Positions 1 through 9,622 of a stretch of 64,000 bases of DNA are shown in pieces. Every line of letters starts with the position of its first letter. Position 1 is the first letter of the stretch. Under the pieces are notes generated by a model. The model ran no database searches and was not told the DNA's origin. It saw only the letters and a program-made list of their open reading frames with translations. The stretch is from assembly GCA_963710375.1 (NCBI GenBank), contig CAVPZX010000002.1:32001-96000 (forward strand). Direction: 5' to 3'. The DNA comes from Nitrospirota bacterium. GTDB taxonomy: Bacteria; Nitrospirota; Thermodesulfovibrionia; Thermodesulfovibrionales; Dissulfurispiraceae. Made by a program: the position numbers and the translations under genes.

Positions 1-186
1 AAGGAAGACGCCGATAAACCCCACGGCTGCTGCCGGAAGAGGCTCCAGGATCAGACCCAATATAACAGCGCTGAAAATAGCAAAGAAATACCAGGCAGTC
101 TGGGTTAATCCCTGGGGAGCAGGGAGTAATGCGATAATGATACCCAAAAGCAAAGGCAGGACAGCTTTCCACGGAATCGTCTTCAT
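1..186 (-). CDS. DASS-family (CitT/TtdT-like) anion:dicarboxylate transporter, N-terminal part (runs off window start)
   Basis: Not in ORF track. Manual translation from ATG at 186 gives MKTIPWKAVLPLLLGIIIALLPAPQGLTQTAWYFFAIFSAVILGLILEPLPAAAVGFIGVFL, with the DASS N-terminal pattern P-x-GL-x3-AW..F-A-I-F..I-GLILEP-LP. AAGGAGG SD upstream. Confidence 0.8.
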   Translation of the reverse strand, partial: MKTIPWKAVLPLLLGIIIALLPAPQGLTQTAWYFFAIFSAVILGLILEPLPAAAVGFIGVFL

Positions 187-212
187 CTTTAACCTCCTTC
201 TCTTCGACATAA

Positions 213-241
213 AGAATAATACTGTGTTATATGATTGTCAA
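213..241 (-). promoter_or_regulatory. Putative sigma70 promoter of DASS transporter (TTGACA-17 bp-TATTCT)
   Basis: Minus strand reads TTGACA ATCATATAACACAGTAT TATTCT; the -10 ends ~27 nt before the start codon. Confidence 0.5.
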
Positions 242-1302
242 GCCAGTGTACGAGTTGCAAACATTTTCGACATTGCCCCTTTTTCTATGAGTGACTGTGA
301 TGGCGATTTTTGGCCAAGACTTTTGTGTGGTCGAATGCAGTTATAGAAGACAAGATACTCAGCCAATCGCATTCTAAAAAGTTTGATGTCATGTATTGAG
401 TCGAGGTTTTGAGCGACGAACTCATCTTTAATTGTTCTGTTGTATCGTTCAATGAAACTATTTATCTTAGGGCAACGAGGATAACTAAAGAGATGCGGTA
501 TTTTGTGTTTTTGGAGTTCTTTATCAAAGTCACCGAGGAATTCAGAGCCGTTATCACTTTGCACAGACAGCACTGGGAGCGGGCAAACAAGCATAAGGCG
601 TTTCAGGAAGTCTGTTGCCGAGCGGCTTGAAAGCGAGCCGTAGCAACCAGTCAGGGCAAACTTAGTCACAACATCTATTGCTGAAATCAGGTACCGGGTA
701 ACACCGGCATCGTGAACAACTGAACTATCGGCCAGAAGGTAACCTGGTTCAAGGGGTTTGGGTGATTTTTTTACACGTTGTCTTTTGCATTTCTCAGGCT
801 GTTTTCTGTCGGGGTTGTGGTACACTCTGCCTGGGCTGCCCTGGGAAAAGAACTTGTATCTCTTGATGATCTTGCCTATTTTAGACTCAGAGATAGTAGT
901 AATGCCCATTTCTTTGCAATATGCATCCAGCAAAGGTTTAAGTTTCTCTTTGCCGATTCTTCCGTACTTGCGTCTGTAGGCACGAATGAACTCTACGATA
1001 CGCTGATCAACAGACATGGTCCTTACGTTATAGGGTTTTGTACTGACAGGCACAAGAGCTTCCAGCCTTCCTCCAGACTGCATGAGCTTTTTCTTCCAGG
1101 TATAAATCACCTTGCGATCTGCTCCAAAAGCTTCTTTAGTGGCTGCCTCACCATATTGATCGTAGAACTGAATGATCTTATGTCGCTGTTTTGCCACTTC
1201 GTTTTTATCAAACCTCTGAAGACCCCTGAGCATATCCTGTAGCCTCCTCCAGCCACGTATCCAGCTGAAGATAGGATATGCCCGTGCATAATGATCCATC
1301 AA
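238..1302 (-). CDS. IS481-family DDE (integrase core) transposase
   Basis: HTH-like N-terminus; catalytic motifs LADS...AIDVVTK, VQSDNGSEF, NSFIERYNRTIKDEF and YNCIRPHKSLG. Exact start uncertain. Confidence 0.9.
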   Translation of the reverse strand: MMDHYARAYPIFSWIRGWRRLQDMLRGLQRFDKNEVAKQRHKIIQFYDQYGEAATKEAFGADRKVIYTWKKKLMQSGGRLEALVPVSTKPYNVRTMSVDQRIVEFIRAYRRKYGRIGKEKLKPLLDAYCKEMGITTISESKIGKIIKRYKFFSQGSPGRVYHNPDRKQPEKCKRQRVKKSPKPLEPGYLLADSSVVHDAGVTRYLISAIDVVTKFALTGCYGSLSSRSATDFLKRLMLVCPLPVLSVQSDNGSEFLGDFDKELQKHKIPHLFSYPRCPKINSFIERYNRTIKDEFVAQNLDSIHDIKLFRMRLAEYLVFYNCIRPHKSLGQKSPSQSLIEKGAMSKMFATRTLA

Positions 1303-1335
1303 ACGTCAATGTCGAAAATGTATCGTAACTTTTTT
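247..1335 (-). mobile_element. IS481-family insertion sequence (~1089 bp) with imperfect 29-bp terminal IRs and 6-bp target duplication AGCCAG
   Basis: AGCCAG at 241-246 and 1336-1341; inverted 15-bp core ACATTTTCGACATTG at 261-275 and 1307-1321; left end starts TGT; encloses an rve transposase. Confidence 0.85.
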
Positions 1336-1439
1336 AGCCAGGATTCGAATAGTAGACACCTCCCTTGTAAAAAAGCATTAGCATATCTTCCCTTACTGTG
1401 ATAAAGTTCAGGGAGCTAAACTGCTGCTCAGGAGGAGAC

Positions 1440-2039
1440 ATGAACAGCCATCTTAATGAGATTCTTGAAGAGATAAGAGAGTTGGAAAATAAGGTGCAGT
1501 TGGAGCTGAAGCGGAGGGAAGAAGAGCTGAAGTATAAGATTAGCGAAGGCAAGGTAATATTCGAACGGGAGATTATCGAACTCCACAAGAAAATCAGGAT
1601 TCCGTTGTTCGTCTATATCATTAAAGCCCCTCTTCTCACAATCCTGTCTGCACCGGTAATATACGCAATGGTTGTACCGGCAGTGCTTATGGATCTCTGT
1701 CTATGGATATATCAGGCAGTGTGTTTTCCTGTTTACAAAATCCCGAAGGTGAAGCGGAGCGATCATATAATTTTTGACCGTCATTATTTGAAATACCTGA
1801 ACTTGCTCGAAAGGTTGAACTGTGATTATTGCAGTTATTTTAACGGCCTTTCTTCGTATGCAATGGAAATTGCGGGTCGGACTGAGCAGTACTGGTGTCC
1901 GATCAAGCATGCTTCTGGAAAGGCCCAACGCCATTCCAGAGAGCGTTTTTTTACCGATTATGGGGATGCCGAAACTTATCGGGCAAAGCTTTTGGAAATT
2001 CGGAGACAATTTAAAGATATTGAATCAAATCAGGAATGA
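1440..2039 (+). CDS. Conserved hypothetical membrane-associated protein with Cys/His motifs
   Basis: GGAGGA SD before ATG 1440; coiled-coil N-terminus, hydrophobic segment, motifs NCDYCSYFNGL and RTEQYWCPIKHA. Confidence 0.75.
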   Translation: MNSHLNEILEEIRELENKVQLELKRREEELKYKISEGKVIFEREIIELHKKIRIPLFVYIIKAPLLTILSAPVIYAMVVPAVLMDLCLWIYQAVCFPVYKIPKVKRSDHIIFDRHYLKYLNLLERLNCDYCSYFNGLSSYAMEIAGRTEQYWCPIKHASGKAQRHSRERFFTDYGDAETYRAKLLEIRRQFKDIESNQE

Positions 2040-2051
2040 GGTAACCAGAAT

Positions 2052-3539
2052 ATGCAAACAGATGGAAAGCTACACCGTGCGCTCTTAGAGAGAATCGCAC
2101 GCAGGGCAATGCTTCAGAGGGGATTACTCCCTGACTTTTCTAGTGAGGCACTCGCTGAACTTGACAGGATTCAGTCGCCCGCAGCAATAAACGACGACCA
2201 GCTTCGTGACCTTACAAACCTGCTGTGGGCCTCCATCGACAACGATGATTCTCGCGATTTAGATCAACTTACCGTCGCCGAGGCAATACAAGGGGACAAG
2301 GTGAAGATACTTGTTGCCGTGGCTGATGTAGATGAACTTGTTAATAATGGCTCGGCAATCGACAAACACGCCCGCCATAATACTACCTCTGTTTATACCG
2401 CTGCCAGGATATTCCCTATGCTTCCCGAAAAGCTTTCTACCGACCTGACATCCCTGAATTTCAATGAGGATCGACTGGCAATCGTTGTTGAAATGGTGAT
2501 CGGCCCGGATGGATCTTTAGAGATCTGCGATATCTACAGGGCGCGTGTCCGCAATCATGCAAAGCTCGCCTATAATAGTGTGGCCGCATGGCTTGAAGGA
2601 CATGGAATTCTGCCTGAGGCTGTTGCTGCAGTAAAGGGGCTTGAGGAGAATCTACGCTTGCAGGACAAGGCAGCGGTAAGCATGAAAAACCTCCGGCATG
2701 TTAACGGCGCCCTAAGTTTTGAAACGCTGGAGGCGAGGCCGGTATTTGACGGCGATGAAATCCGTGATCTCGAACTAGAAAAAAGGAACCGGGCAAAAGA
2801 CATTATCGAGGATTTCATGGTAGGGGCGAACGGCGTAACCGCAAGGTACCTCTCGTCGAAAAAATTCTCTTCTATCCGACGTGTAGTGCGCACTCCAAAA
2901 CGATGGGAGCGAATTGTGGAACTTGCTAATGAACATGGGTTCGAACTTCCTAATAAGCCTGATTCAAGAGCCCTGGAGGAGTTCCTTACCAAGGCTAAAA
3001 CAGCTGACCCGGTGAGATTCCCCGACCTCTCCCTGGTGGTGATCAAACTTATGGGGGCTGGTGAATATGTTGCAGCACTTCCCGGAGAGACCGCCCCTGG
3101 ACATTTTGGCCTAGCGGTCAGGGACTATACCCATTCCACAGCCCCTAACCGGCGTTATCCCGATCTTATCACACAACGCCTGCTGAAGGCCGCGATAGGA
3201 GATAATCCTTTGCCTTACAGCAATGATGAGCTGGAAGTCCTGGCGAAACATTGCACCGAAGAAGAAGACGCCGCAAACAAAGTAGAACGACAGGTCAGGA
3301 AATCCGCGGCGGCAATGCTGCTGGAACATAGAATTGGGGAGCAGTTCGATGCCATCGTTACCGGCGCAGCGGCAAAAGGCACCTGGGCCAGGCTTCTCAC
3401 GATCCCTGTCGAAGGGAGAGTGGTCCATGGTTTCGAGGGCCTTGATGTCGGCAACAGGATTCGAGTGCAGCTCACATTCGTAGATGTTGACCGGGGATAC
3501 ATCGATTTCAGGAAAGTCGGTCGATCAAAGAGACATTGA
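2052..3539 (+). CDS. RNB-domain exoribonuclease (RNase II/R family, short form)
   Basis: SIDNDDSRDLDQ catalytic motif, GHFGLA..YTHSTAPNRRYPDL, C-terminal S1-like domain. Confidence 0.9.
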   Translation: MQTDGKLHRALLERIARRAMLQRGLLPDFSSEALAELDRIQSPAAINDDQLRDLTNLLWASIDNDDSRDLDQLTVAEAIQGDKVKILVAVADVDELVNNGSAIDKHARHNTTSVYTAARIFPMLPEKLSTDLTSLNFNEDRLAIVVEMVIGPDGSLEICDIYRARVRNHAKLAYNSVAAWLEGHGILPEAVAAVKGLEENLRLQDKAAVSMKNLRHVNGALSFETLEARPVFDGDEIRDLELEKRNRAKDIIEDFMVGANGVTARYLSSKKFSSIRRVVRTPKRWERIVELANEHGFELPNKPDSRALEEFLTKAKTADPVRFPDLSLVVIKLMGAGEYVAALPGETAPGHFGLAVRDYTHSTAPNRRYPDLITQRLLKAAIGDNPLPYSNDELEVLAKHCTEEEDAANKVERQVRKSAAAMLLEHRIGEQFDAIVTGAAAKGTWARLLTIPVEGRVVHGFEGLDVGNRIRVQLTFVDVDRGYIDFRKVGRSKRH

Positions 3540-3555
3540 CGAGTAGAAATAATAA

Positions 3556-3584
3556 TTGACATATACGTTAAGGTTAGTTATTAT
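3556..3584 (+). promoter_or_regulatory. Sigma70 promoter with embedded operator upstream of aor operon
   Basis: TTGACA TATACGTTAAGGTTAGT TATTAT (17-bp spacer); nearly identical to the minus-strand promoter at 11000-11028. Confidence 0.7.
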
Positions 3585-3644
3585 CATTCTTGAAAGTTGC
3601 CTTCTCTCTGACAAGAGATGCGCATGCAACCAGGAGGCACTCCT

Positions 3645-5504
3645 ATGGGCAATGGATATGCCGGAAAATTCTTGCACATCAATTTAACGGAAGCTTCGAC
3701 TAAAGACTTCATTATTGATGATGCTGTAATGAAGAAATATATCGGCGGGAGTTGCCTTGCTGCCAAGCTCTTTCTCGACAGGTATCCCATTGACCTCGAT
3801 CCTCTGGCGCCTGAAAGCCCGCTCATGATCATGACAGGTCCCTTGGTGGGCAGTGGATTGCCGGGCACATCGAGGTTCAGCATCAGCGCAAAATCACCAC
3901 AGACGGATATCTGGGGCGAATCAGCCTGCGGAGGGACTTTCAGTCCCGACCTGAAGCGGGCTGGATACGAGGGCATCGTTATAGACGGGAAGGCGAGCTC
4001 TCCCGTGTACGTTTCCATCACCGAAGATAGCGTTCAGATCCTGGATGCAGCACACTTATGGGGCAAGGACATCTATGAGGTCACTGATATTCTGAAAGAG
4101 AAGGACAAGTCCTTCAAGGTGCTTGCTATAGGTCAGGCTGGCGAAAACATGGTCAAGATAGCTGCCATCGGCAATGACAAGGGACACTTCAGCGGGCGGA
4201 CCGGGCTCGGTGCTGTCATGGGTTCCAAATACCTGAAGGCAATTATTGTAAAGGGTTCAAAAAAGGTTTACAAGGCAGATGAGGAAAAATTCAAACATTT
4301 CCTGAAAGAAGCCATGCAAGAGGCAAAAGATTCCTTCATTGCCGATGGCCTTCACCAGATGGGTTCTGATTCAAATATGGACCTTGGCATGGTCAGCGGT
4401 GATATCCCGATCAAGAACTGGACTGTCGGTCAAGACTTCACGCTTTCCTCCAATCTGAGCGGACCCACCATGAAGGAGAAGTACCTCACCAGGGCGCATG
4501 CATGCTCAAACTGTCCTGTTGCCTGCAAGAGGGTGGTCAAAGTTGAAGATGGACCCTTCAAGACAGCCGAAGGTCCGGGTCCGGAATATGAAACCTGCGC
4601 TTCCTTTGGCACCATGATGATGAATCCTGATCTCACTGCTGTGATAAAAGCCAATGAGCTCTGCAATAAGTACGGGATGGACACAATCAGCTGCGGCTCA
4701 GCCATTGCCATGACCATGGAGCTCTTTGACAAAGGCACTCTCACCAAAGACGATCTGGATGGGCTCGATTTATCATGGGGGAACATGGACTCCGTGATGA
4801 TACTAATCAAAAAAATCGCCTTAAGGGAAGGGTTTGGTGATGTTTTGGCTGAAGGAAGTGTTAAGGCTGCCGGAAAGATCGGCAAAGACGCTATCGATGC
4901 AGTGGTAGCCGTAAAGGGCCTCGAAGCACCCATGCACGATCCTAGGGGATTCCACGGAATGGGCCTGGCGTATATGATGTCCAACCGGGGGGCCTGCCAC
5001 CTTCAACATGCGGTGCTCGCTACAGAACAGGGCATGGTATACTGGTCTCAACTCTTCGACATGAAGGAAGATTATGTCGGCACAACGAGTATCGGCAAGG
5101 CAGCGCTGGTCTACAACTCCGAGAACTACGGAATACTCGGAAACTCTCTGTCCATCTGTCACTATCTTGTCTATATCTTAAAGCCCGAAACGATTCTTGG
5201 CGCCTTCAATGCTATTACAGGCTGGAACCTGAACTTCGGGGATCTGCTCAAAGCCGGCATGAGAGACTGGACCCTGAAACGTGGCTTCAATAACCTGCTT
5301 GGAATTACGATAAAGGATGACAAGCTCCCCAAAAAACTCCTCACAGCATTAGGAGAAGGTGGAGCAGCTGGATCCATACCCGATGTAGAACTTCTTCTCA
5401 AAGAGTATTATGCCCTGAGAGGCCTTGACGAAAGAGGCTACCCCAAACGGGAAATACTCGTCGATCTCGGTTTGGATGAACTCGAAAACAGGCTTTATGC
5501 CTAA
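3645..5504 (+). CDS. aor: Aldehyde:ferredoxin oxidoreductase family (tungstopterin) protein
   Basis: GYAGKFLHINLT N-terminus, GRTGLGAVMGSK, CSNCPVAC Fe-S motif, PEYET, GMDTIS, HDPRG, RGACH; AGGAGG SD before ATG 3645. Confidence 0.92.
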   Translation: MGNGYAGKFLHINLTEASTKDFIIDDAVMKKYIGGSCLAAKLFLDRYPIDLDPLAPESPLMIMTGPLVGSGLPGTSRFSISAKSPQTDIWGESACGGTFSPDLKRAGYEGIVIDGKASSPVYVSITEDSVQILDAAHLWGKDIYEVTDILKEKDKSFKVLAIGQAGENMVKIAAIGNDKGHFSGRTGLGAVMGSKYLKAIIVKGSKKVYKADEEKFKHFLKEAMQEAKDSFIADGLHQMGSDSNMDLGMVSGDIPIKNWTVGQDFTLSSNLSGPTMKEKYLTRAHACSNCPVACKRVVKVEDGPFKTAEGPGPEYETCASFGTMMMNPDLTAVIKANELCNKYGMDTISCGSAIAMTMELFDKGTLTKDDLDGLDLSWGNMDSVMILIKKIALREGFGDVLAEGSVKAAGKIGKDAIDAVVAVKGLEAPMHDPRGFHGMGLAYMMSNRGACHLQHAVLATEQGMVYWSQLFDMKEDYVGTTSIGKAALVYNSENYGILGNSLSICHYLVYILKPETILGAFNAITGWNLNFGDLLKAGMRDWTLKRGFNNLLGITIKDDKLPKKLLTALGEGGAAGSIPDVELLLKEYYALRGLDERGYPKREILVDLGLDELENRLYA

Positions 5505-5522
5505 TAGTGGAGGGATTATCTT

Positions 5523-5951
5523 ATGGCAAAAGTTAAGGCATTGACACAGGAATGGATGGATGCTTACAAGGCCGCAATCGTTGCAGATCCTGATTACAAG
5601 GAAATTGCCAAAAACTGGGAAGGCAGCGTATCGCTCATCGTTAATGCCGACCCGAGTAAGGGTGTACCTGAACCTGTCTATCTTTTCCAGGATTACTGGC
5701 ACGGTGATGTGGGCGATTTTATTGTTTGCGACAAGGCCAAGGCCGAAAGCGCAAAGTTCGTCCTTACCGGCGACTATTCACGATGGAAACAAGTGGCTCG
5801 CAAGGAGCTTGATGCTACCAAAGGACTCCTGCAGGGCAAGTTGACGATGAAGGGTGACCTGCCATACATAGTAAAGAATATCCTGGTGATCAACAAGGTC
5901 GTGGATATCCTCGGAAAGTTCGAGACCCAGTGGCCCGATGAGCCTGAATAA
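5523..5951 (+). CDS. SCP2 (sterol carrier protein 2) lipid-binding domain protein
   Basis: AKNWEG...FVLTGDYSRWKQVARKELDATKGLLQGKLTMKGDL resembles the SCP2 fold signature. Confidence 0.75.
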   Translation: MAKVKALTQEWMDAYKAAIVADPDYKEIAKNWEGSVSLIVNADPSKGVPEPVYLFQDYWHGDVGDFIVCDKAKAESAKFVLTGDYSRWKQVARKELDATKGLLQGKLTMKGDLPYIVKNILVINKVVDILGKFETQWPDEPE

Positions 5952-5975
5952 CGCATATAGACGAAGGAGAGAGAA

Positions 5976-7139
5976 ATGGCTTACGATCTAGATCTGTCAT
6001 TCAATTATTTCGCTCCCACCAAAATTGTCTTCGGGGTAGATTCATCAAAAGATGTTGAGATAGAGATGAGCGCTATTGGAGGTACCAGGGCAGTCGTTGT
6101 CACCGACCGGGGAATTATAAATGCCGGTCTCATAGACCACATAGTAAAGGCCCTTGGCAACAAGTGTGTCGGCGTGTTCAGCGACGTCCCCCAGGATACA
6201 GGGGTAGAGGTCGTGGATGCAGGAGCTTCTTTTGCCAAGAAAAACTCTGCAGATATCGTCATAAGTGTTGGCGGGGGAAGTGTTATCGATACAGCCAAGG
6301 GCATGTGCATACTGCTCACCGAAGGCGGCAATCTTCGGGATTTAAACGGGGTCCAGTTATTGACCAGACCCCAGACCCCGCATGTAGTGATACCCACCAC
6401 TGCGGGCACAGGCAGCGAAGTAACTAATGTAGCTGTTATCATGGACAAGGAAATGGGTCGGAAACGCCTGGTGGTCGAGAACTTCATTGTTCCCCGCCTT
6501 GCCATCCTGGATCCGAAGATGACTGCAAAGCTGCCAAAGCTCATGACCGCAGGCACGGGAATGGACGCCATGACCCATGCTGTGGAGGCGCTCCATGTCG
6601 TGCCCCACGAGCCCATCACCGATGCACTTGGTATTCATGCCATTCGTCTTCTGTACAAGTACCTGCCGGAATGTATCGCGAACGGCTCAAATCTTGTTGC
6701 GAGAGGCCAAACGCAGATAGCGGCAACTATGGCCGGCTGGGCCTTCGGTATCGCAGGCGTCGGAAATGTCCATGCCCTTGCACACTCGATTGGCGCAGTC
6801 GCTCACGTGCCCCACGGAATTGCCAACGGCATACTGCTGGCCGATTGCATGGAATTCAATACCGAGAGTTGTCCAGAGGCTTATGCCATGGTGGCAGAGG
6901 CCTTCGGGCTCCGCGAAAAGGGAATGGATGACATGGAAGCAGCCAGGACAGCTATTGCCGCCGTGAGGGAATTTACCAGGAAAATAGAGCACCCCCAGCG
7001 ACTGTCCGAAATGAAAGTGACAGAGGATGATATTGCAAAGGCGGCAGAGCTCAGTCTTGGTGATGGAGCCATACTAAACAATCCCCGGTTTGTACTCGAT
7101 TCTTCCGAGTGCCTCGGAATTTACAAGAAGGTGCTTTAG
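5976..7139 (+). CDS. Iron-containing alcohol dehydrogenase
   Basis: GGGSVIDTAK, IPTTAGTGSE, GMDAMTHAVE, HALAH, HGIANG motifs. Confidence 0.92.
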   Translation: MAYDLDLSFNYFAPTKIVFGVDSSKDVEIEMSAIGGTRAVVVTDRGIINAGLIDHIVKALGNKCVGVFSDVPQDTGVEVVDAGASFAKKNSADIVISVGGGSVIDTAKGMCILLTEGGNLRDLNGVQLLTRPQTPHVVIPTTAGTGSEVTNVAVIMDKEMGRKRLVVENFIVPRLAILDPKMTAKLPKLMTAGTGMDAMTHAVEALHVVPHEPITDALGIHAIRLLYKYLPECIANGSNLVARGQTQIAATMAGWAFGIAGVGNVHALAHSIGAVAHVPHGIANGILLADCMEFNTESCPEAYAMVAEAFGLREKGMDDMEAARTAIAAVREFTRKIEHPQRLSEMKVTEDDIAKAAELSLGDGAILNNPRFVLDSSECLGIYKKVL

Positions 7140-7150
7140 GAGGTTTTGAT

Positions 7151-7570
7151 ATGACAGGGCATTTTATAAAAAATCAGGCAGAGGAAGTTCCGTTCTCATT
7201 TATAATAAGCGAACTCCTCTCCTCGAATATAACCCAGAAAGCCGAGAGGATGCGCACGTTCAAGAGCATGTATGGTGTGGTCGCCATTCATCTGGTCAAC
7301 ATCGAAGCAGCAGTATCCCTCATATTTGCAGGCGGCACACTGAGCATAGTACCGGGCATCGCAGGAAAACCCGATATCATCATCACAACCGACTCGGATA
7401 AGGTGATGGGCCTGAACCTGATTTCCGTCAAGTTCGGACTCCCCTATTATTTTGATAAGGCTGGTTTAACCGTCCTAAAGCAGCTATTAAGCGGGGATAT
7501 CAAGATCAAGGGCATGCTCGCACATCCCATACTTCTCACCAAGCTTACGAAGATCATGTCGGTGATGTAA
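7151..7570 (+). CDS. Second SCP2-like domain protein
   Basis: AGGAGG SD; beta-rich core and C-terminal LKQLLSGDIKIKG typical of SCP2-like proteins. Confidence 0.6.
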   Translation: MTGHFIKNQAEEVPFSFIISELLSSNITQKAERMRTFKSMYGVVAIHLVNIEAAVSLIFAGGTLSIVPGIAGKPDIIITTDSDKVMGLNLISVKFGLPYYFDKAGLTVLKQLLSGDIKIKGMLAHPILLTKLTKIMSVM

Positions 7571-7620
7571 GGAGCTAGCGTACTGCATGAAGACCTGGAC
7601 CATTATGTATCTTTTGGCCA

Positions 7621-8250
7621 TCATTCGACCATTACGGCTGCGCACATAACGGCTGAAGCCCAGATGGTATCTGATCGAGAAAGCTGAAATTCGCAGGTCG
7701 AGTCGAAAAAAAGGTCCACCCTTTCTGGGAACTCCTCATCCCTGAGCCACAACACCATTGTTACCGGGACCCGCGGCAGAGGGTAGAGCCTGATGCAGGC
7801 GTCCCCATGCCCTGTGACAACTTCTGCGCCCCAAACCTTTCCCCGCTCGATGAACCCTTCTTTATCATCGGCAAACCTGGAGGCTATGGCATCGAGCGGG
7901 AGCACATAGGTGCCGGATGAAAAACGGTGTCCTCCCTTGACATCCACAGGCTTGATCAATCTCCCTGTCGGTGGGATATCTTTGGCACTCGACATATAAC
8001 AAAGCACGGTAAGCCTGAAAACAGTTTTAAGTTTGTTTAAAAAGATCTCGCCCTGAGCAGCCTGGCAGCTGATTCTCATTTCGAGGGGATTGACATGGAT
8101 GTCTAAGCCGAAACACCGGAGCACATAGGCCCCGGCCTCTTCATCATAAATAGAGCCGGTTCGCCTGCATACATCCTCATGGGAGAGTCCGCACAACTCC
8201 TGCCACGCCTTTTCCTCACCCGATTCAATCTTTATCGGTACAATTTCCAT
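7621..8250 (-). CDS. DUF3786-like protein
   Basis: GDA...LPRVPV..VLW..DEEFP....LFFD pattern. Confidence 0.7.
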   Translation of the reverse strand: MEIVPIKIESGEEKAWQELCGLSHEDVCRRTGSIYDEEAGAYVLRCFGLDIHVNPLEMRISCQAAQGEIFLNKLKTVFRLTVLCYMSSAKDIPPTGRLIKPVDVKGGHRFSSGTYVLPLDAIASRFADDKEGFIERGKVWGAEVVTGHGDACIRLYPLPRVPVTMVLWLRDEEFPERVDLFFDSTCEFQLSRSDTIWASAVMCAAVMVE

Positions 8251-8287
8251 ATCACTCCCCGTACCGTGCCATCTGCCCCTATGAACC

Positions 8288-9469
8288 TTACCTGACCCTT
8301 TCCACTATCATTGCGATGCCCTGTCCTCCGCCTATGCACAGTGAGGCGAGACCCAACGCCACATCCCTGCGCAACATCTCAAAGAGGAGTGTCACAAGTA
8401 TCCTGGTTCCGCTTGCTCCCACGGGATGTCCCAGGGCGATGGCGCCGCCAAGAACATTCACCTTATTCATATCCCATCCCATTTCCCGGTGTACCTGGAT
8501 CGACTGGGATGCAAATGCCTCGTTAATCTCTATGAGATCAAGGTCGTTCACAGTGCAATGCACTCTTGCTATTAGCTTTTTGCATGCGTTGATAGGGCCA
8601 AGCCCCATGTATGCGGGGTCAAGGGCGGCAGACGAAGCACCCACAATCCTGAATGCCCACGCTGGGTTCAGCTGCTTCATCTTTTCCCCGGAAACAACGA
8701 CCACTGCCGCAGCCCCATCATTGATTCCCGATGCGTTCCCGGCCGTCACCGACCCATCCGCCCTGAAAGCGGGTTGCAGTTTTGCAAGGCCCTCAACCGT
8801 TGTGCCGAAGCGGGGATGCTCATCAGTATCGAAAATCTTGTCCTCACCCTTCTGCTGTTTTATTTTGAGTGGCACAATCTCGTCCCTGAACTTGCCATCC
8901 TTGATAGCCTGCTCTGTCTTATTTTGTGATGCAGCGGCGAATTCATCCTGCTCTGTTCTGCTGATCCGGTATTTCTCCGCAACGTTTTCGGCAGTGATCC
9001 CCATGTGGTAGTCATAGAACACATCCCACAGGGCATCGTTGATAAGCGTATCGGTCATCTCAGCGTTCCCCAGGCGCTGTCCCCACCGCGATGACTTCAC
9101 CACGTAGGGAGCACCGGTCATATGTTCCATTCCACCCGCAACCACGACATTTCCCTCTCCCGAAGCAATAGACTGCGCGGCAATGGCAACCGACTTCAAT
9201 CCTGAGCCGCAGACCTTGTTCACGGTAAAGGCAGGAATATTCTCCGGAAGACCGGCGCGGATTGCTGCCTGTCTCGCAGTGTTCTGTCCCAGTCCAGCCT
9301 GGAGAACATTCCCCATTATCACTTCTTCAACTTCGTCTCCTTTTATTGCGGTCCTTCTGACGACCTCTTTGATCACCTCAGACCCCAGGTCGATTACGCC
9401 CAATGAGGCGAGGGAGCCGTTGAATTTTCCTATGGCAGTCCTTACCCCGCCAATAATAAAAGCGTCCAT
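8288..9469 (-). CDS. Acetyl-CoA C-acetyltransferase (thiolase)
   Basis: NKVCGSG catalytic Cys, [28 protein letters not shown]. Confidence 0.95.
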   Translation of the reverse strand: MDAFIIGGVRTAIGKFNGSLASLGVIDLGSEVIKEVVRRTAIKGDEVEEVIMGNVLQAGLGQNTARQAAIRAGLPENIPAFTVNKVCGSGLKSVAIAAQSIASGEGNVVVAGGMEHMTGAPYVVKSSRWGQRLGNAEMTDTLINDALWDVFYDYHMGITAENVAEKYRISRTEQDEFAAASQNKTEQAIKDGKFRDEIVPLKIKQQKGEDKIFDTDEHPRFGTTVEGLAKLQPAFRADGSVTAGNASGINDGAAAVVVVSGEKMKQLNPAWAFRIVGASSAALDPAYMGLGPINACKKLIARVHCTVNDLDLIEINEAFASQSIQVHREMGWDMNKVNVLGGAIALGHPVGASGTRILVTLLFEMLRRDVALGLASLCIGGGQGIAMIVERVR

Positions 9470-9622
9470 AGTTACTCCTCCTCTGTTACGCGGTTCGTGC
9501 GGCAGCGTAAACCCTAGAATAGATATGATAACAAAAAATCAGATTCTCATGCCGCCGCCTTTAACAAATTTGACGAATGTGATTTCAGCGCCAGCCGTAA
9601 CAGGGAACAGACGCCGATCAAT

